Assembly (NCBI GenBank): GCA_051941275.1
Contig: JAVEBF010000048.1
Coordinates: 1 to 39,823, forward strand
Origin: Dirinaria sp. TL-2023a
Taxonomy: Eukaryota
Length of the DNA stretch: 39,823 nt
Direction of reading: 5' to 3'
Both the position numbers and the translations under genes were made by a program. The notes beneath the pieces are model-generated. The model was not told the origin of the DNA. It did no database searches and saw only the letters and a program-made list of their open reading frames with translations. Shown in pieces: positions 35,149 through 39,823 of the stretch; position 1 is the stretch's first letter, and each line of letters begins with the position of its first letter.

Positions 35149-37479
35149 TCAATCGTCGATAACAATAGCTCCGTTGTGGGTATCATCAAGATTGATGGTG
35201 TCTTCAGCCTTGTTGGTTCCGCTTTTCGAGCTCGGCTGCTCGGTTTCAAGCTCTGCTTCGCGCTTACGCTTGAGAAGCTGCTCTTGATCATATGACGAGT
35301 CATCAGGCGAGCGCTTTCTCTTCGCGGCGGTGCCGTTCAGAGGCATCGTAGATCCATTCACCTCACCATTCGTCACCGAAGCGTTGCTAATGGTTGGCTT
35401 AGCAGGGATTTCGATTTTCTGCGGAAGGAGCACCGGCTTCGAATCCAAGGGCAACGTTCTGTAAAGGTTAGCAATGGTGTTTACAATGTAGAGACGAGGA
35501 CCAGACCTCTCTGATATTGACAATGAAAGGTTTACCCTCGGACTCTTCTCATCATCATCAATGACGGTCAGAAAGTTATCGACTTTAATGCCGAGGTCAC
35601 TGAAAGTCTTGGAAAGATTGTCGTCTAGCTCCGGATCGTACAGGATGCCGGCTTCGCTATTCACAGTAAATTCGTCACCATACTCTAGCTGTGTCTTGAG
35701 CACGTCCTCCACGAGGTCATTGAGGGTAGCGCGGCTCAAATCAACAAACAGCCTCGATTGCATGACGCCACAGATGTTGCAATTTGGGTTCGGTGGCCGG
35801 AGACCGTCCGTGTTGATGACACGAGCAGTTGAGCGCTCTAAAAAGACCTACCCAGAGTGAGCAGTGCACGCGGCAGCACGCATTCAATTCTTACCATCCT
35901 AGCTTTCTTCAAGTCTTCCCTCAATATTTTGAAAGCTTGCAATACACAAAGACCCGCGGTCATGGCGTTGGTTGTTGCAATTGCAGGGATGATGTTACCA
36001 GCCATTTCTATCTGTGATTAGACCAATGTATGAACAAGGGCTAATCACTGGCTTACGCTTAATGTCGAATTTGGATCGAGGTTCTATTCCAAATACGATA
36101 GCTCGAAGATTTGCGGTTGAAGCGACGAAGTCCAATGTGTCGTCATCGTCTTTGTCAAAGGCCAAAACAGCGGGCGCGGAGATAACAGCGCCTTTCGCCT
36201 GGACAGCTTCCAATCGTGCACTTAAGCGATGGAGACTGCTGACATTAATCAAGCTTTTCAAGAAATCGAAGGATTTTTCATACCTCTCACAGAATACGCT
36301 AAAGTTTTCAGCCAAGCTCCAGGTGTCGTGGACTCGGCGAGAGACTGAATGCCGTATTTCGGCGGCTGCTTCTGCTACCTGATCGAACTGTAGAGGCTGT
36401 GGAGGTTTTCTTGATTTCCACATGTCATCCATAGTTCGTAGTCGGTCGACATCCTCTGTGAAAACCTTCTCAAATACTTTACGTGGGAAATCGCCCGAGC
36501 CCATGGAATTGCGGATCTCTTTCAAAGCTTGGGCCTCTCTGCGCAGGTTCTCAATCTCTTTGGCTTTGAATCTGTGAGCAAGAATTGTCCAAAGCTCAAC
36601 CACAAGCTACCCACCGTTTTCAGAGTCTTCGGTGAGATCCATTTCTGGTGCTTCCTCTTCGCTAATGCCAAAGATCTCGCTTTCTCGGGTTAGACTGGCA
36701 GCCTTTTGCAGTAGATGTGACATACGTGAATAGATAGCTCTTTGCCCATACAATGCAGTGAATCGGTTGGCTTGGTGTGCTTCGTATCGTGCAGACAGGA
36801 AAGGTCTTCGGAACCTCCTTGGTGTTGCAGTCATAGCATTCGGTTCTCCCCTAAATCCGTCAGCGCAGTTTCAACAAGATCATACGCCAGCTCTTGCGCA
36901 ACCTTCTTGATCACTTGGACTTGCCCATTGAAGCCAGTTGTGCCGCTCTCGATCAAGGGTACGTCGGCCGCCAGACACATTTTGTTGACATGGCGACGCG
37001 CATCCAAGTTATCCAGCGCATTGAAGACGAGATTGAAGCTCCCGAACCAATCCACGTTGAACTGAGGGTCTTTGATGTTGGCATGGTAGGCTTGGAGCCT
37101 GACGTGGGGGTTGAACTTGGCCGCGGATTCTTTGGCGATCTTGAGGAGGATCAGTGCACGCGCAGCCATATAGAGTCAGGAGGGACGCGAACCAAAGCTT
37201 TCGACTTCTTGATATGTTCGTGGCGGAACAAGAACTGGCGGTTCAGGTTGCTGAGATCGATCGTGTCGAGATCGACAATGTGAACCTCGCCGAAGCCCGT
37301 CAGGACAAGATTTTTCAGCAGTTCGCAACCGATGCCACCGGCGCCGACCAGGAGAATTCGTGCCTATGTAACCCAAAGTTGGCCGGGATCACAAAATCGC
37401 GCTTGGGACGCAATACCTGTTTAACCCGAGCACTGTAGAGAGCGCCGAGAGACTGCTTGGCGAAGCGTTCGCGACCCAT
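35149..37479 (-). CDS. UBA2: SUMO-activating enzyme E1 subunit 2 (Uba2), 10 exons, ~627 aa
   Basis: Exons 37479-37417, 37363-37193, 37139-36903, 36850-36726, 36679-36615, 36563-36284, 36235-36057, 36007-35895, 35847-35507 and 35458-35149 sum to 1884 nt. Motifs: [29 protein letters not shown], the catalytic Cys in [30 protein letters not shown], a basic NLS (KRKR) and a C-terminal IVIDD. Confidence 0.95.
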
Positions 37480-38243
37480 TGTTGTAGGTCGTAACCATGC
37501 AAGGAAGATGGGAGGGTGGGAGAAGGAACCGGAGTGAGGAAGGGGTAGAAAAATACTTTACAGAAAGAATAATTTATTGAGTGTGCTTAAGGCATGCAGA
37601 GACGAAGCGACGGAAGTGAAGTAAGATTGAGTGACGGAACTGGTGAAGGTGAGTTTGAAGATGTGCAGGGATACCCCTGTTTACCGTCAAACTGGTTTGA
37701 TCGCAGTCTCGCAGTACAAAATACTACCTAAGGTACGGAGTACTAACCCTACCAGTAACCAGTTAGTCTACCCGCAACTCGGAGCGCTTGCTCGCTTGCA
37801 GCCCTAAGCTGTAAGCCGCATCAGGTACCTTTAGGTAAGATTACTAAGGTAGAGGTAAGATGCATTCAAAGAACTCCGCCAACAAATTTCATTTCTTCAG
37901 GTAAAAGTCAGCAACTCCCATTCCAGTCACCGGTCTTGATAGATCTCCTTGCCACGCTCCTTCTTTTCCTTGCGCTGTCTCTGCCAGCAATTCGTTTTAT
38001 CAATTGTATCGTCCTCTTTCCTCGTCTTAGAGTTTGTGTGTTGCTAGCAAGTTATCTACCTAACCTAGTCCTGCAATGACCCGTTGAGGTAGCTACGCGT
38101 TTGTGCTTGCATTTGGGCGGCTCTCTGGCATATCATTTGTATTGGCTCGCATATAGATCCTGGTCTGGCGGTGTATTGCGATCTCAGTCAGGGTTGCTAC
38201 TTTGAGGCGGATTATTGGAAGTCTGTGGGCGTAATTTCACAGC

Positions 38244-39626
38244 ATGAGCGACGATGAAGCAGACCCAGAGCTCTTGGCGCTTCTGCGGGAATCTTTGGGT
38301 CTGAACGGAACCACCAGCTCGCGACCTTTAGAGACTCGTGTACTGGAGAATGCCGAATATGTCTATGACAACTCGGTGGATGTAGCGTTGGACATGCACA
38401 GCACCAAGGCCGCAGCATCGGCCATTTGGAACATGATGCAGGAGAAGGACTACAGCTGCAAGACCTGGTCGGAACATGAACTGCACCCGCAAGCCAAGGA
38501 CGAAAGCACCGTCAACTTCATCTTCATCATGGATCTCCTGAATTTCTGCTTCTGGTCCGACACGCAAGATCCGGGGAGCGAGTTCTTTGTCGACTTTCGG
38601 CAGAAGAGGTGGACAGGGTATTGGAGCCTCGTTGCCTCGCTGCAAAGGGCTTTGGACGAAGGTAGACTGCCTTACGGCTAGGCCTGTAGCATCGAACGCA
38701 TTGGACTAAAATGCATTTGATGGCAGGCATCCCAATCACAAGCCCAGTCTTCTGGTCAGATGAAAGTTCTACAGATGATGAGCTCAGACATGTGTTCAGA
38801 TCGGCATCTTCCGAACCCATGCCAATGTTAGAGGATCGCATCAGCTGCATTCGAGAAGCCGGACGCATCCTCAATAAGGTCACATTTCCCAATCCTCGCC
38901 CCAAACAAGAAAAGAAAAAAAATAAAATAAAAGCGCTGACACCAAACCAGGAATTCCACAGCAGCTTCCTAACCTGCATCGAAGAAGCGAACGGCTCCGC
39001 CGCAGCACTGGTGAATCTCCTCGTCGACAACTTCCCATGCTTCAGAGACACGACCAGGTTCGAAGGCAAAACCATCCGGTTCTACAAGCGCGCCCAGATC
39101 CTCGTCGCAGACCTGTGGGCCTGCTTCGAAGGAACCAGCTACGGTCGATTCGACGACATCGACAGCATCACCATGTTCGCCGGTAAGCATCCCCCAAGAA
39201 ACCACCAACCACATTCCACAAAACAACAACAGCAATCTCAAAACCCTTATCAAACCCACTAACAGTCGATACCCCCCCTAAAAAAAAACAGACTACCGCA
39301 TCCCACAAATGCTCAACACGCTGGGCGTGCTGCAGTACAGCCCGCCACTGGAGAGCCACATCCGACGACGAAAACGGATCGCGAGCGGGCACGCCTGGGA
39401 AGTCCAATTGCGCGGCTGCAGCATCTGGGCCGTGGAGCTGCTCCGGCGCGAGATCCGGCTGCACCACCAGCAGCAGCAGGAGCAGCAGCCCCAAAAAGAA
39501 AAAGCGCGCCCCGTCAATGTCAATGCAATCTTGATCGATTTCTTCCTGTACGACACGATCAAAGACCGCGAAGCCAAGGCCGATAGTCTGATTCCGCATC
39601 ATCGCACGAGGTGTATCTGGTATTGA
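38244..39626 (+). CDS. QNG1: Queuosine 5'-phosphate N-glycosylase/hydrolase (queuosine salvage protein, DUF2419), 4 exons, ~378 aa
   Basis: Exons 38244-38661, 38727-38878, 38951-39182 and 39292-39626. Motifs: HELHP, DLLNFCFWSD, GYWSLVA, FPCFRD, FYKRAQILVADLW, TMFADYRIPQ, LIDFFLYD and PHHRTRCIWY. Confidence 0.93.
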
Positions 39627-39823
39627 TGATGAGTAATGTGATTTACTTTGTTTCTAGAATGTACGATATATATAGATATATAGATCGCATCTTCGGGGGT
39701 ATCTTGTCTCTGAAACGATGCTTTTGGTTGTTGATGAAAAAGAAGAAAAAAGAAACGCCGGAACACCTACGCTCAATACAACAATACCTCATGAAAATCA
39801 CCTCCCTCTCCTCCCCCGTCCTC

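Noticed and set aside
39183..39291. QNG1 intron 3 as a stwintron (internal CTAACAG at ~39259-39265)
   Set aside because: The internal AG abuts the branch point and the residual external intron would be only ~27 nt. A single 109-nt intron restores TMFADYRIPQ.
39465..39490. CAG-repeat polyQ stretch in the last exon of QNG1
   Set aside because: It is a short, interrupted tract in a variable loop, which is common in fungal proteins.
1..39823. CRISPR arrays, rRNA/tRNA genes, or intact transposase, reverse transcriptase or tyrosine-recombinase (Starship captain) genes
   Set aside because: None was recognisable by eye. Small ncRNAs cannot be excluded without tRNAscan-SE or Infernal.

Overview
This is eukaryotic DNA from a filamentous ascomycete (Pezizomycotina), judged by short GT-AG introns with CTRAY branch points and by the gene families present. 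The window has two parts. The right half (18.9-39.6 kb) is a compact block of conserved core genes: URA2/pyrABCN, Dicer-like dcl1, TAP42, FAD1, UBA2 and the queuosine-salvage hydrolase QNG1. All could be spliced by eye into intact reading frames. The left half (1-18.9 kb) is accessory. It holds a DUF1399/glycine-rich-domain gene, an AtmA/CtvD-like membrane protein, a peroxisomal alpha/beta hydrolase and a PTH11-like membrane protein, followed by an AT-rich, repeat-laden zone (12.7-18.5 kb). The most notable structure, invisible in the ORF track, is a ~4.5-kb foldback. Two diverged inverted arms share about 530 aligned bp (13398-15210 versus 17151-17878). The left arm carries a ~1.29-kb segment with an intact, intronless 305-aa nucleotidyltransferase-fold-like ORF, and the right arm is an empty version of the same site. 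The arms differ mainly by transitions, which is RIP-like. Other observations include frequent AAG 3' splice sites and stop-free in-frame introns at the Dicer catalytic motif. All alignments and splice models were made by eye and need computational confirmation.
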